64,000 bases of DNA, taken from positions 16,058,001 through 16,122,000 of the forward strand of contig NC_043020.1 of the NCBI RefSeq assembly GCF_006345805.1, given 5' to 3'. Of this stretch, positions 1 to 12,649 are shown one piece after another. Under the pieces are notes generated by a model that was not told where the DNA came from, did no database searches, and worked only from the letters and a program-made list of their open reading frames with translations. Made by a program: the position numbers and the translations under genes. Origin of the DNA: Octopus sinensis. Lineage: Eukaryota. How positions within the stretch are numbered: position 1 is the first letter of the stretch; the number at the start of each line of letters is the position of its first letter.

Positions 1-111
1 TTATTATTATTAATATTATTATTATTAATATTATTATTATTAATATTATTAATATTAATATTATTAAAATTCTTCTTCTTCTTCTTCTTCTTCTTCTTCT
101 TCTTCTTCTTC
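1..111. repeat. (ATT)n/(CTT)n microsatellite
   Basis: Direct reading of the sequence. Confidence 0.95.
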
Positions 112-593
112 CAGTCAGGACTCATGCCATTAGCCACAAAGAATAATCTCTAATTCGAGCCTACTCTAAGCTACTAAGAATGCGTGTGGCAACTTGAAGA
201 TCCACCCACCACATGCCATAGACTGGTGGTTGCACAGGTGCGAAAGCTATGTTGTTATCCTCATTCCGTAAACGGTGGCTTTTAACGGGTGGAGAGCTGA
301 ACCATCCTGGGCTACAGATGATTCGCAATCTAGACTAGGGTCTGAAAGTTTACTATACCATAGTGGGTTACACCATGGTTCCACTGCTTTGTGGAAGAAG
401 TAGGAAGAAAGAGTGAGAGAAAGTTGTGGTAAAAGAGTACAGCAGGGTTCACCCCCCCCCACCCCCCGCCAGAGCCTCATGGAGCTTAGGTGTTTTTGCT
501 CAATAAACACTCACAATGTCCGGTCTGGAAATCGAAACCGCGTTCTTATGACTGCAAGTCCGCTGCCCTAACCACTGGGCCATTGCACCTCCA
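112..593 (-). mobile_element. tRNA-derived SINE (family D, tRNA-Arg-like head)
   Basis: Minus strand starts GGAGGTGCAATGGCCCAGTGGTTAGGGCAGCGGACT...GGTTTCGATTTCC (A and B boxes). A homologous head lies at 25348-25640 (+). The element runs into a (GAA)n tail. Confidence 0.75.
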
Positions 594-706
594 CTTGTTG
601 CTGTTGTTGACCTATGATGATCTATGCTGAAAAGACATTTCAACTGTGATTAACCCATCTTCTTTTTTCATTTTTCAGGTGCAGTACATTTAGGATCACA
701 TTATGC

Positions 707-2212
707 AGGGTGACCATAATGTCTGGTCACATGGGGAATATCACTGGTATTCTTGTGGAATGGGCTCCTTATTCATCAACCAGATTTTAATCCCCTTGAC
801 TTCTTTTTCTAGGGTATGCGGATGAAGGTGTACTCAATGAAAATCACAGATATGAATCATCTGAATTAATGCCACATGAATAAATGTAGTCAAATTGATG
901 TAAATGTGGAGTTATTGCATCAGTTTCATTTGACTCTTGCACAGCACTTTGAACTTTGTGGTGAAAACCATGTTGAAAATGTTATTAATATAGCTGGACT
1001 ATTACATTTGGAGTGCAGTCAAGACAGAGGTCAATCAATGTCCCCATAACACCATACAATCTCTCAAGTCCATCTTAACCAGCACTATGGTAAAAATTGG
1101 TAAAAAGCATCTGATTCAGGCATCTCAACACTTCTGATTTCCTCATTCACCAACCAGATTTCAGTCTCCTTGACTTCTCTTTCTGGGGTATACTGAAGGA
1201 GACGGTGTAATCAGTGAAAATTACAGGTATGAATCACCTGAAGGAACACTTCATGGATGAATGTGATCAAAGTGATGGAAATGTGCAGTTGCTGAATTGA
1301 GCTCCTTTGGATCTTGCAGAGCGTATCAAACTTTCAACTCTGATGGTAGAAACCATGTTGAAAAAGTTATTCATCAATGTAGTTGGACTATTACGTACGG
1401 AGCTGGAGCATAGTCGAGAAAAAGGTCAAACAACGTCTCCATACCACCAGAGAATCTCTTGAGTTCGCCACAACCAGCACTTTGCCAAAAACTGGTAAAA
1501 ATCCTCTCATCTGATTCAGGCATTTCAACACTTCTGACCTCCTCATGCATCATCCAGATTTTAATACCTTTGATCTATTTTTCTGGGGTACGTTGAAGGA
1601 GAGGGTAATACTCAATGAAAACCATAGATGCGAATTATCTGAAGGAACACAGCATGAATGAATGAGCTCAAATTGGTGGAATTCAGGTTCACGTGAACCT
1701 TGCATGTATCAAACTTTGCAACTCTAATAGTAGAAACCATGAAAATGCTATTCATCAATGGAACTGAATCATAGTCGAGAGGGAGGTCAAACAACATTGC
1801 CATAACACCCTACAATCTCTTGGGTATGCCATAACTAACACTTTGCCAAAAATTGTTAAAAATCTTCTCATCTGATTTGGGCATCTCAAGACTTCTGATT
1901 TCTTCATTCACCAACCAGATTTTAGCCTCCTTGATTTCTTTTTCTGAGGTATACTGAAGGAGACGGTGTAATCAGTGAAAATTACAGGTATGAATCACCT
2001 GAAGGAAGACTTCATAGATGAATGTGCTCAAAACAATAGAAATGTGGGGTTTACTGAATTGGGTTCATTTGAATCTTGCAAAGTGTATTAATCCTTGCAT
2101 CACTAACAGTGGAAACTATGCTGAAAATGTTACTCATATTAATGTAGTTCAATAAAATTACTGAAAATATGTATTCTATATTTGGCAAGTTTGTATTAAG
2201 CTTCTAAAACCA
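707..2212 (+). mobile_element. Tc1/mariner-superfamily remnant with four tandem copies of the transposase C-terminal segment
   Basis: Begins with a CAGGGTG TIR-like end. The repeated unit translates as PDFSLLDFSFWGILKETV*SVKITGMNHLKEHFMDEC (SPDLxPxDFxxWGxxKxxVY motif). Unit anchors at about 780, 1154, 1554 and 1915. Stops and frameshifts throughout. Confidence 0.8.
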
Positions 2213-2850
2213 AGGTGCCATGTAAAAAGCATTGGTGATGGTGCCACATAAAAAGTACACAGTACCCTCTGTAGAGCGATTGGCATTAGGAAGGGTGTAC
2301 TTGTGGCGACGTTCACCCTGGGCAGGTTGTCGGCTTCTTCCACCACCCTTGAGGCATCTCGAATCATGGCAGTGGAAGAAGTTTCATCGGAATATGAATT
2401 TCACAAGCGGTCCCCAACAATCTCGCATGTAGAGACATCCTGTTTGTCGCAGATTGTCCGCAGATGCAGGGACAGAACGACCGAGGAGCAGCCGGTTGCC
2501 GAAACAGACACTCCGAGGATTTTCACCAGAGCCCCGTCTGCCGGGTTGTGGCCTTAATACCACTCGGTGTCAGACCAATCTGCCTTGGGCGGCCCTACCA
2601 GGAACCGAAGTTCCCGACGGCATAGCTCTGGCACTACCTGACGCCAGCGTCCACACTATGGTGAGGAGGGGATCGACTAGGAAGGGTGTCCAGTAATAGA
2701 AACCAAGGTGAAACAGAAAAATGGAGCCTAGTGCATTCCCTGGCCTTGCCAGTTCCTGTCGAGCTATCCAACCTATGCTATGGAAAACTGTTAAATGTTA
2801 AATGTTGAAGATGATGATGGTGATGATGATGATGATGATGATGATGATGT
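2213..2850 (+). mobile_element. RTE-type LINE 3' end with (GAT)n tail, interrupted by a younger insertion
   Basis: TAAAAAGCA...TTGGCATTAGGAAGGG...CCAACCTATGCTATGGAAAA...(GAT)n, matching many other copies in the window. Confidence 0.75.
2299..2677 (-). mobile_element. Young 379-bp non-autonomous RTE-derived element with 12-bp TSD
   Basis: Flanked by TAGGAAGGGTGT at 2287-2298 and 2678-2689. CpG-rich. Contains AGAGCTATGCCGTCGGGAACTTCGGTTCCTGGTAGGGCCGCCCAAGGCAGA, which resembles RTE/Expander 5' UTRs (from memory). Ends in ACAAGT. Confidence 0.7.
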
Positions 2851-3079
2851 TATTCCTTGACAGGTACATTTTGTGTGACAATATTGGCAGATACGAAGCA
2901 GAGAGTTCTTGTTTTGGAGCCTTTAGCAATAACATCTGGGCAGTTGACATTAGCTGTACAATCACTATATATGTACTGTAAAGTCCCAAAGGATGGTAAT
3001 GTCGTTACTTTCAGCTCCAGAGTTCAGCACCGAGACTTTGGCACAAAGTCCATTGTATGTATTGGTCAACTCTGTCATG

Positions 3080-3500
3080 TCATCATCATCATCATCATCG
3101 TTTAACGTCCATTTTCCATGCTAGTATGGGTTGGATGGTTCGACTGTGGTCTGGGAAGCCAGGAGGCTGCACCAGGCTCCAGTCTGATCTGCCAGTTTTT
3201 CTACAGCTGTATGCTCTTCCTAACACCAACCACTCTGAGAGTGTAGTGGGTGCTTTTTATGTGCCACCAGCACAGGGGACAGAAGAGGCTGGCAATGGTC
3301 GCGATCAGTTGGTGCTTTTTATGTGCCACCGGCACAGAAACCAGTCAAGATGGCGCTGGCATCGGCCACATTCAGATGGCATTTTTTACGTGCCACTGGC
3401 ACAGGTATCACAACTACAATTTCCATTTGATTTTATTTTGATGTTGATGTACTTGACTCAATAGGTCTCCTCAAGCACAGCAGGTCACCCTACGATCCAA
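3080..3500 (-). mobile_element. RTE-type LINE 3' UTR fragment
   Basis: (CAT)n-CGTTTAACGTCC...TTTCCATGCTAG...GGGTTGG end, with internal GTGCTTTTTA(T/C)GTGCCAC subrepeats. Confidence 0.8.
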
Positions 3501-3501
3501 T

Positions 3502-3662
3502 GGGCTTCTTTCAGTTTCCGTCTAACAAATCCACTCACAAGGCTTTGGTCGGCCCATGGCTATAGTAGAAGACACTTGCCCAAGGTGCCACACAATGGGA
3601 CTGAACCTGGAACCATGTGGTTGGTAAGCAAGCTACTTACCACACAGCCACTCCCACTCCTA
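3502..3662 (-). mobile_element. tRNA-derived SINE family A, 5' half
   Basis: Reverse complement of GTGGCTGTGTGGTAAGTAGCTTGCTTACCAACCACATGGTTCCAGGTTCAGTCCC...GGCACCTTGGGCAAGTGTCTT. Confidence 0.85.
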
Positions 3663-3929
3663 CATATGTTTGTATACCTTAACCATGTATACCTGAGAAG
3701 GGGTTAATCTAGAATCCATACCATCATCATCATCACTACTCTCGTCACTGCTGTCAGCATCCAGTTTTATCTATTGATCTACGTTATTAAAATACTCACT
3801 TTATTAATATCAGGCCCATATAAAGGTATGTGCATGTATGGGGGAGGGGCAGGGGAAAGAGATTTGGTAAGAACGAAACAGTGCTTTAGAGATTCAGTTT
3901 GTTTCTTTGGATACCAATGATAATCTCCT

Positions 3930-4620
3930 GTGAGAGAGAGAAAGAGAGAGGGAAAGAGAGAGAGAGTAAGTATGAGAGAGAGTGAGTATGAGAGAAGTTG
4001 AGTAAGAGAGAGAGAGAAAGTAAGGGAAAGAAAACGAGAGAGAGAGAGTGGAAGTAAGGGAGAGCGGGAAAGTAAGAAAGAGAAGGGGAAAGAAAGAGAG
4101 AAAGAGAGTGTGTGTGTGAGAGAGAGAGAGAGAGAGAAAGAGAGTGTGTGTGTGAGAGAGAGAGAGAAAGTAAGAGAGTGAGAGAAAAAGTAAAGGAGAG
4201 AGAGTGTAAGAGAGTGAGAAAGGAAGTAAGGGAGAGAGCATGAGAGAGAGAGAAAGTATGAGAGTGAGAGAAGAAGTAAAGGAGAGAGAGAGAAAGTAAG
4301 AGAGTGAGAGAGGAAGTAAGGGAGAGAGAAAGCTAGAGAGTAAGAGAGGAAGTACGGGAGAGAGAGAAAGAGAGTGAGAGAGGAAGTAAAAGAGAGAGAG
4401 AGTAAGAGAGTGAGAGAGGAAGTAAGGGAGAGAGAGAAAGAGAGTGAGAGAGGAAGTAAAAGAGAGAGAGAGTAAGAGAGTGAGAGAGGAAGTAAGGGAG
4501 AGAGAAAGCTAGAGAGTGAGAGAGGAAGTAAGGAAGAGAGAGAAAGAGAGTGAGAGAGGAAGTAAAAGAGAGAGAGAGTAAGAGAGTGAGAGAGGAAGTA
4601 AGGGAGAGAGAGAGAGAGAG
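3930..4620. repeat. Purine-rich (GA) minisatellite with about 30-32 bp unit
   Basis: Recurrent GAGAGTGAGAGAGGAAGTAA(G/A)(G/A)GAGAGAGA unit. Confidence 0.9.
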
Positions 4621-5077
4621 GTTGGATGAGGGTGGATGTGGGGGGAAATCAATAAGAGACATCAAGAGTCTTTTGTGAGAAATCAGTGATCAATAATTTA
4701 GATGAAATATTTATTTAAGTTTTTATCTTTGTCCTCGCTTCTTTATTTCATTTCATAAACAAAACCATCAAAGAGAAGTTTCTAATGTAAAAATTACTCA
4801 GTTGTTATATCTGGACATGGATCATAGCACTTTCCCAACTAAATTCTAAACTAAGAACTCTGTGAGATGAAGAGGGACATAAGCTTTATATACTCACTGA
4901 ACCTTGCTAGAAATAACAGCCAAATCACTCTCTTCAAATCTCACCATTTGGTCTTAAAAAGCAAGGACGCATTAGATGATGTAATCCAAGATAGGCTGCC
5001 CTAGTCTTTGTCTTAGTTCCTCCCTCAGGGCTGGCCCGTGCATTGGGCAACAAGGCATTTTTCAGTTATCTCAGCTT

Positions 5078-5990
5078 TTAACCCTTTCACATTTAAACTG
5101 GTGTTATTAAGCCCAAATATTCTACCTGTTTTATGTTCAAACTGGCCCGATCTGGCCTCTCACACCTACCCCACAATATCATTCTAAAAATAAATAATGT
5201 GCCACAGAAAAAGCAACCAGTCCACACGGTAAAGTGGTTGGCATTTGGAAGGACATCCAGTTGTAAAAACCATGCTAAAACTGACCACACCTGTGCTTGT
5301 GCTATTTAAGAAGCACTCTGTCCACTCTGCTGGGTTGTTGGTGTTAGGAAAAGTATCCAGCTGTAAAAACCATGCCAAACCAGACACAGAAGTCTGGTGC
5401 AGGCTCCTGCCTGGCCCATTCCTGTTAAACTGTTCAACCCATGTCAGGATGGAAGGCAGATGTTAAACAATGATAATCATCATCATCATCGTCATCGAAT
5501 TCTCAAAGCTTTGAGATAATGTTTGATTACTCTTTTACCTTTTTACTTGTTTCAGTCATTTGACTGCGGCCATGCTGGAGCACCGCCTTCAGTCGTGCAG
5601 ATCGACCCCAAGACTTATTCTTTGTAAGCCTAGTACTTATTCTATCAGTCTGTTTTGCCAAACCGCTAAGTTATGGGGACATCAGTTGTCCCCGTAACCA
5701 GCAGCGGTTGTCAAGCAATGTTGGTGGGACAAACACAGACACACGCATATATATACATATACATTTATATGACGGGCTTCTTTCAGTTTCCGTCTACCAA
5801 ATCCACTCACAAGGATTTGGTCGGCCTGAGGCTATAGTAGAAGACACTTGCCCAAGGTGCCACACAGTGGGACTGAACCTGGAACCATGTGGTTAGTAAG
5901 CAAGCTACTTACCACACAGCCACTCAATTCAAAACAGTGTGAGCAAGTAAGCACTATGTTTGACTGAATAATCTGAATGCTAAAGGTTTG
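5078..5990 (+). mobile_element. TTAA-type (piggyBac-like) MITE split by nested RTE tail and SINE A
   Basis: TTAACCCTTT left end and ATCTGAATGCTAAAGG right end. Related copies at about 6780-7185, 15500-15710 (-) and 56853-57285. Confidence 0.65.
5532..5925 (-). mobile_element. tRNA-derived SINE family A (near full length)
   Basis: Head, internal TA/CA tract and 3' end GCATGGCCGCAGTCAAATGACTGAAACAAGTAAAA on the minus strand. Confidence 0.85.
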
Positions 5991-6271
5991 AGCATAGTTG
6001 ACTGCATCTAGCCAGATGGTGCTAAGTTGCTTCAGACTGTCTTTGAATGTAGTACAGTTGCTCAAGGTGCCATGCTGTGGGATTGAACCCAGAACCATCT
6101 GGTTGGGAAGCAAAGTTGTTACCACACAGTCATGCCTGAAGATTTTATTTCCAAACTAGATCAGATAGGATTATATTGGAAAAGAATGCCTTCAAGTGCA
6201 TTTTTTCCTTTTGCTACTGAGGAAAGTCTGCTATAGGATTCAAAGTTTCCATGACAACGTAATACTCTTTT

Positions 6272-6418
6272 TTAATGAAAATGTTTCAGGAACTCTGAAA
6301 TTTGTACGAAAGTTAGTCTACCAGTTAGAAGAAAAAAACCCTGCGTGGCACCTTGGGCAAGTGTCTTCTACTTTAGCCTCGGGCCGACTAAAGCCTTGTG
6401 AGTGGATTTGGTAGACGG

Positions 6419-6477
<59 letters not shown>

Positions 6478-6652
6478 GGTATATACGATGGGCTTCTTTC
6501 AGTTTCCGTCTACCAAATCCATTCACAAGGCTTTAGTCGGCCCGAGGCTAAAGTAGAAGACACTTGCCCAAGGTGCCTCGCAGGGTTTTTTTCTTCTAAC
6601 TGGTAGACTAACTTTCGTACAAATTTCAGAGTTCCTGAAACATTTTCATTAA
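6272..6652. repeat. 150-bp inverted repeat around a (TA)n spacer
   Basis: Arms 6272-6421 and 6503-6652 are reverse complements with about 2 mismatches. Each arm is a SINE A fragment joined to about 70 bp of other sequence. Confidence 0.95.
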
Positions 6653-7220
6653 TAATTAGGGTTCAGCAAAGATTTGCTTTACCACATACCGAAGTTTAGA
6701 AATAGCAGCCAAAAAACGTTAGCTATTTCTTCTACTTTAAAAAGGGACTCCCAGAAAAACCAAAAATACTTGAAAACACACTCAAAACAGCCAGATCTGA
6801 CTCCTCACACCTATCCTACAATATCATTTTAATAATAAACAATGACATCATAATGCAGTGAGCTGGCAGAATTGTCAGCACAACAGGCAGAATGCTTAGC
6901 AGTATGATGCCTATCTTTATGTTCTGAGTTCAAATTCTGCCAAGGTTGACTTTGCCTTTCATCATTTTAGGGTCAATAGAATAAATTACCTGTTGAACAC
7001 TGAGGTTGATGTATTTGACTGAACCCCTCCCCCTGGAATCACTGGCTTTGTGCCAAAATTTGAAGCCAATAAACAATCACATCAGCAAAATCTTGAAGCT
7101 ACAAGATAATGCATGATTAATTGAAAACAATGTGAATAAATAAGCTTTACAATTCACAGAGTAATCTGAGTGTTAAGAGGTTAATTAAGTGATAATTACC
7201 TGTCTATTGAAAGTTAAACA

Positions 7221-7822
7221 ATCATCATCATCATCATTGTTTAACGTCCGCTTTCATGGGTTGGATGATTTCACTGAGGACTGGCAAACCAGATGGCTGC
7301 ACCAGACTCCAATCTGATCTGGCAGAGTTCTACAGCTGGATGCCCTTCCTAATGCCAACCACTCCGAGAGTGTAGTGGGTGCTTTTATGTGCCACCGGTA
7401 CGAGGGCCAGTCAGGCGGTACTGGTAACAACCACGCTCAAATGGTGCTTTTTATGTGCCACCTGCACAGGAGCCAGTCCAGCAGCACTGGCAACGACCTC
7501 GCTTGAATGTTTTTTCACATGCCATCAACACAAGTGCCAGTAAGGCAACATGGGTAACGATCACGCTCGAATGGTGTTTCTAATGTGCCATCAGCATGGA
7601 GGCCAGCTTGTAGCTGTGGCCACGATCTCACTCGTATGGCACTCTTAGCGCTCCACTAGCACAGATACCAGTCATCAAATTTGATTTCAATTTCGATTTC
7701 ACTTGTCTCAACAAGTCTTCACAGGCAGAATTTAGTGTCCAATGAAGGAAAGGCACGCATAAGTGGACTGGTTACACCCCTGGCATAGGCCACAAGGTTA
7801 TGGTCTCACTTGCGCTTGCCGA
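7221..7822 (-). mobile_element. RTE-type LINE long 3' fragment
   Basis: Same (GAT)n-tailed 3' end as the other copies, extending about 600 bp towards the ORF end. Confidence 0.8.
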
Positions 7823-8100
7823 GAACACAGAGCTCGTCTAATGAACTTCTATGCAGTTTCTATATAATCAATTTCACTCACAAATCTTGGGTCAATCTAC
7901 CTGAGAGGCCACATGAGGGTATCAAACCAGAGACATTGTTGTTTTGAAGTGAATTCCTTGAACAAGCTGCATGTGATAACCTGAAATTTTGTGGGTGGAG
8001 GTACTAGTCAATTACATCAACCCCAGTGCTCAACTGGCACTTATTTTATTGACCCTGAAGGGATGAAAGGCAAAGTTAACCTCAGCATGGAATCTGAATT

Positions 8101-8373
8101 AAGGTGCCGGTGGCACATATAAAAACATTAAAGCGAGGTTGTTGCCAGTACCACCTGACTGGCCCCCATGCCAGTTGCTTGTTAAAGGACCCACTACACG
8201 CTCGGAGTGGTTGGCGTTAGGAAGGGCATTCAGCAGTAGAAACTCTGCCAGATCAAGATTGGAGCCTGGTGCAGCCATCTGGTTCGCCAGCCCTCAGTCA
8301 AATCGTCTAACCCATGCTAGCATGGAAAGCGGACGTTAAACGATGATAATGATGATGATAATGATGATGATGA
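8101..8373 (+). mobile_element. RTE-type 3' end flanked by a 230-250 bp direct duplication
   Basis: Ends CCCATGCTAGCATGGAAAGCGGACGTTAAAC(GAT)n. Flanks 7869-8100 and 8374-8627 are direct repeats. Confidence 0.85.
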
Positions 8374-8776
8374 CAATTTCACTCACAAATCTTGTGTCAA
8401 TCTACCTGAGAGGCCACGTGAGGGTATCAACCCAGAGACATCGTTGTTTTGAAGTGAATTCCTTAAACAATCTGCATGTGATAACCTTTCTACAGTAGGC
8501 TGAAGACCTGAAATTTTGTGGGTGGAGGTACTAGTCAATTACATCAACCCCAGTGCTCAACTGGTACTTATTTCATTGACCTTGAAGGGATGAAAGGCAA
8601 AGTTAACCTCAGCATGGAATTTGAACTCAGGATGTAAAGTGTCAGAAGAAATGCTGCTAAGTATTTTGACTGGTAACGATTTTGTCAGTTCACTGCCCTC
8701 ACGCTGTATGTAATATACACACAGAGCCAAGCAGAGATACACACACACTCACAATCACAGAGACACACATGCACAT

Positions 8777-8811
<35 letters not shown>

Positions 8812-9265
8812 CCCACATATGCATAAACACACATGCACACACATACATACACATATCGATGTACATACACACATATATACACACAAACACACAGATACAG
8901 ATGCATATTCACAGACACACATATATAGGCAGACACACACACACACATACACACACACATGCATATACATTCACCACACAAACACACACATGCACATACA
9001 CTCACCACACACACACATACACACACACGTTTTTGGTGGCAGTGGTGGAAGTGGTGGTTCAAGTCAAAGTGATGCTCAGGAGCGACTAAACTTTTAATAA
9101 TGTCTAACTTCATTTGTCATTCTTAATTATCAGAAATTAATTATATTTCAACATTTACAAAACCAATTCATCAATAAAAAAGAAATATGTAATACGTGTG
9201 TGCGCTTGTGTTTGTGAACATGTGTGTGCTTACAAGTGTGTATGCTTGTGTGAGAAGAGACAGTT

Positions 9266-9269
<4 letters not shown>

Positions 9270-9339
<70 letters not shown>

Positions 9340-9627
9340 CATATATATATATATATGAATATATATATGTATGTATATATATATATATTACATGTATATA
9401 TATATACATATATATATATGTATATATATATTTATATATATATGTATATATACATGTAAATATATATATGTATATATATATATGTATATATAAATGTATA
9501 TATATACATGTAAATATATATATGTATATATAAATATATATATATACATGTAAATATATATATATGTATATATATATGTATATATATGTGTATATATATA
9601 TATGTATATATATATATGTATATATAC

Positions 9628-9658
<31 letters not shown>

Positions 9659-9710
9659 CATATATATATATATGTATATATATATATGTATATATATATA
9701 TGTATGTATC
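9270..9710. repeat. Complex (TA)n microsatellite, with a (CA)n-rich tract at about 8710-9030
   Basis: Direct reading. Source of the poly-YI and poly-HT ORFs. Confidence 0.95.
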
Positions 9711-10221
9711 AATTTAAATACACAACCAAATGAGCTACTAATAGTTTCATGCTATTATGATACTTGACCAGGCATATTTGTAAAATACACCATCTATCTT
9801 AAAGAAATCTTTCAGGTCCTGTTTATACATTATATATATAAAAAAGAAGGAGGTCATGCAGTAAGAAAATAAGAAAACAACATAGAAAAACAAAATGTGA
9901 AGAAGGTTGATGCAAAAAATGGAATGAATAAAAGGAAACGAAATCAAGAAAGCTATAAGATCCTTGTTGTCCCTGATTGTAGAAAGCTCATTAAATACAA
10001 CTGGTTTAGAACAAAATAACAAAAAATGTGTCAAAATATGCCTTTTCAAGTATCGTAATAACAAGAAACTCTTACTAGCTCTTTCGGTTGTGTATTTAAA
10101 TTGATATTTATATGTCAGTGGATGGAGTACTTTTTGTATTGATTGTACCTATAATGGAACTGTAGATTTTATATATGTATGTATATACACTCATACACAC
10201 ACACGTGTGTGTGTGTGTGTA

Positions 10222-10872
10222 ATGGGTCATCCCTTATTTCTTTATTGCCCACAAGGGGCTAAATGTAGAGGGGACAAACAAGGACAGACAAAGGGATTAA
10301 GTCAATTACATAGACCCCAGTGTGTAACTGGTACTTAATTTATTGACCCCGAAAGGATGAACGGCAAAGTCGACCTCAGCAGAATTTTAACTCAGAACAT
10401 AACGGTAGACGAAATACTGCTAAGCATTTCGCCAGGCGTGCTAACGTTTCTGCCTGCTCACATCCCATAAATAATGTGGTTTTTCGGTTGCATGAACTAA
10501 AAGCCAGAGGGGGACGGGATAAACTACCAGCATCAACTTGCTATAAAAGCAGGTAGTAATTTTACCTTGTATTTATTCTTAGTGACAGTTTTGAAGAGTG
10601 CAGTTTGATTTTAACAGTTATGTTTTCAAAGCTATAATGGAAGTGACAAAGGAGCGTATTTGGCATATTTTGGTTTATGAGTTCAATAAAGGCAACAACG
10701 GAATGGAAAGTGTGAGGAATATTAAAGCAGTATATGGGGATTGGACAATAAGTGTAAGACAGTGTCAACAGTGGTTCCAGAAATTTCAAGCCGGAAACTA
10801 CAGCCTAGAAGATGAGTCTCATCATGGAAGATTTGTAGAGCTCGACAAAGATGTCCTACAAACCTTGACGAA
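10222..10872 (+). mobile_element. Mariner transposon 5' fragment (TIR plus transposase N-terminus)
   Basis: ATG at 10637 gives MEVTKERIWHILVYEFNKG...VYGDWTISVRQCQQWFQKFQAGNYSLEDE, the mariner HTH region. The TIR (ATGGGTCATCCCATAAATAATG) is split by a SINE. Confidence 0.9.
10234..10460 (-). mobile_element. tRNA-derived SINE family B (Meta-domain-like) with CATCCC TSD
   Basis: Core GACTTTGCC(G/T)TTCATCCTTTCGGGGTC(A/G)ATAAATTAAGTACCAG. CATCCC at 10228-10233 and 10461-10466. Confidence 0.85.
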
Positions 10873-11260
10873 TAGATAACTGCCTCACCATTTATATTGC
10901 GCCCAGCTGCCTACATTAATTTTACACTATACAATTTGGCATTTCACGAAATCATTAATACATATGGCAAATATATATATATACAAAGAAGAGATTAGTT
11001 GTTCCATGAAAGTGATGGAGAGATACTACTGACAATTCCCACTAAGATTATACTGGGTGGTCCAGTGTTCTAGCTTTGCTTCACTCATGGGGCAGTTATC
11101 TCCCTTGTCAGTATATATAAATGTGCTATTACACAGGTATAAATGGTTTAACTTTTATTTCTAGCAATAGATGTGCTTGTAGCACATACAGTCACAATTA
11201 GTGATGACCAAATTATATATATATATATATATACAAACACACACACATATATATATATAT

Positions 11261-11294
<34 letters not shown>

Positions 11295-11451
11295 GAGCGT
11301 CCAATAATACTATATTTGTTCCACGTCCTCGCGTTGTTGTGTTTTTTGTGTTTTCTTGTTTGGATTAACAATATATATATATATCATCATCATCATCATC
11401 ATCATCGTTTAACGTCTGTTTTCCGCGCTAGCACGGGTTGGACGGAATATG

Positions 11452-11489
<38 letters not shown>

Positions 11490-12649
11490 TATATATATAT
11501 GTATATATACATACACATACACATGTATATATGTATGTATATATTTATATAATGCATCCACACACATAAAATGTAGATTTTAAATGTTCTTTATGGAATT
11601 GTTTTTTTCTATTCATTGCTTTTGAATAAAAAAATCAAAGGAAATATGAGGAAATTAATTACAAATGCACACACACGCACACACACACACACACACACGC
11701 ACAAACAGAGTCATATACACACATAGGTATACACAGATATATTCATAGTCATATATAATACATACAGTATATGTACATTCATGTGTATGTGTATATAAGT
11801 GTGCAGATGTGTATGGGGGTGTGTAGAGAAGAAGGAAAAGAGAGCGAGAACTACTGTTGACATTGATGATAATGAAAAGGGTATCATTAATAAGGATAAT
11901 GATTTGGTAGCGAGCTGACAGAAGCGTGAGAATATTGAACAAAATGACTAGAGGCAGTTTTTCTGGCTTTATGTGTTCTGAGTTCAAATTCCACCAGGGT
12001 CAACTCTGCCTTTTATCCTTTTGGAGGAGTTGGGGTGGGTGTCAATAAAATAAGTACTAGTTGAGCACTGGGGTGGATATAATTAACTAGCCCCACCCCC
12101 ATCCCTTTCATCTACCCCCACCCCCACCCTGCTATTCCTCTCCTCCCTCCCCTCTTCCCTTCAGCTAATCACGTGGAGGTGTTACGGACGGGCTAAGTAA
12201 CGGAGTGACAAGCAGAATAATTATAGTAGACGATGACACGACAGAGAGATGGCAGGATCATTAGCATATCAAACAAAATGCTTGGAAGAATTTCTTCTGG
12301 CTCTCTACATTCTGAGTTCAAATTCTGCTGAGGCTAACTTTACCTTTCATCCCTTAAGAACTAGTTAACCAGTGGGGTCAATGTAATCAATTAGCCCCTT
12401 CCACCATAAATTTCAGGCTTTGTGCCTACAATAGAAAGGGATGGTGAGCTGGCAGAATTGTTAGCATATTGGACAAAATGTTTTGTGACATTTCTTCCAG
12501 CTCTTTATGTTTTGTGTTCAAATTCCACCGAGTCCTACTTGGCATTTCATCCTTTCAGGGCTGATAAGTATTGGGGTTGAATGCAACACACTTACCCCCA
12601 TACCACAAAAATTGCTGGCATTGTGCCATAATTTGAAGCAATTATCAAA

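Noticed and set aside
8682-9767. YI/HT/CV dipeptide-repeat ORFs here and throughout the window
   Set aside because: They are translations of (TA)n, (CA)n and (TATG)n.
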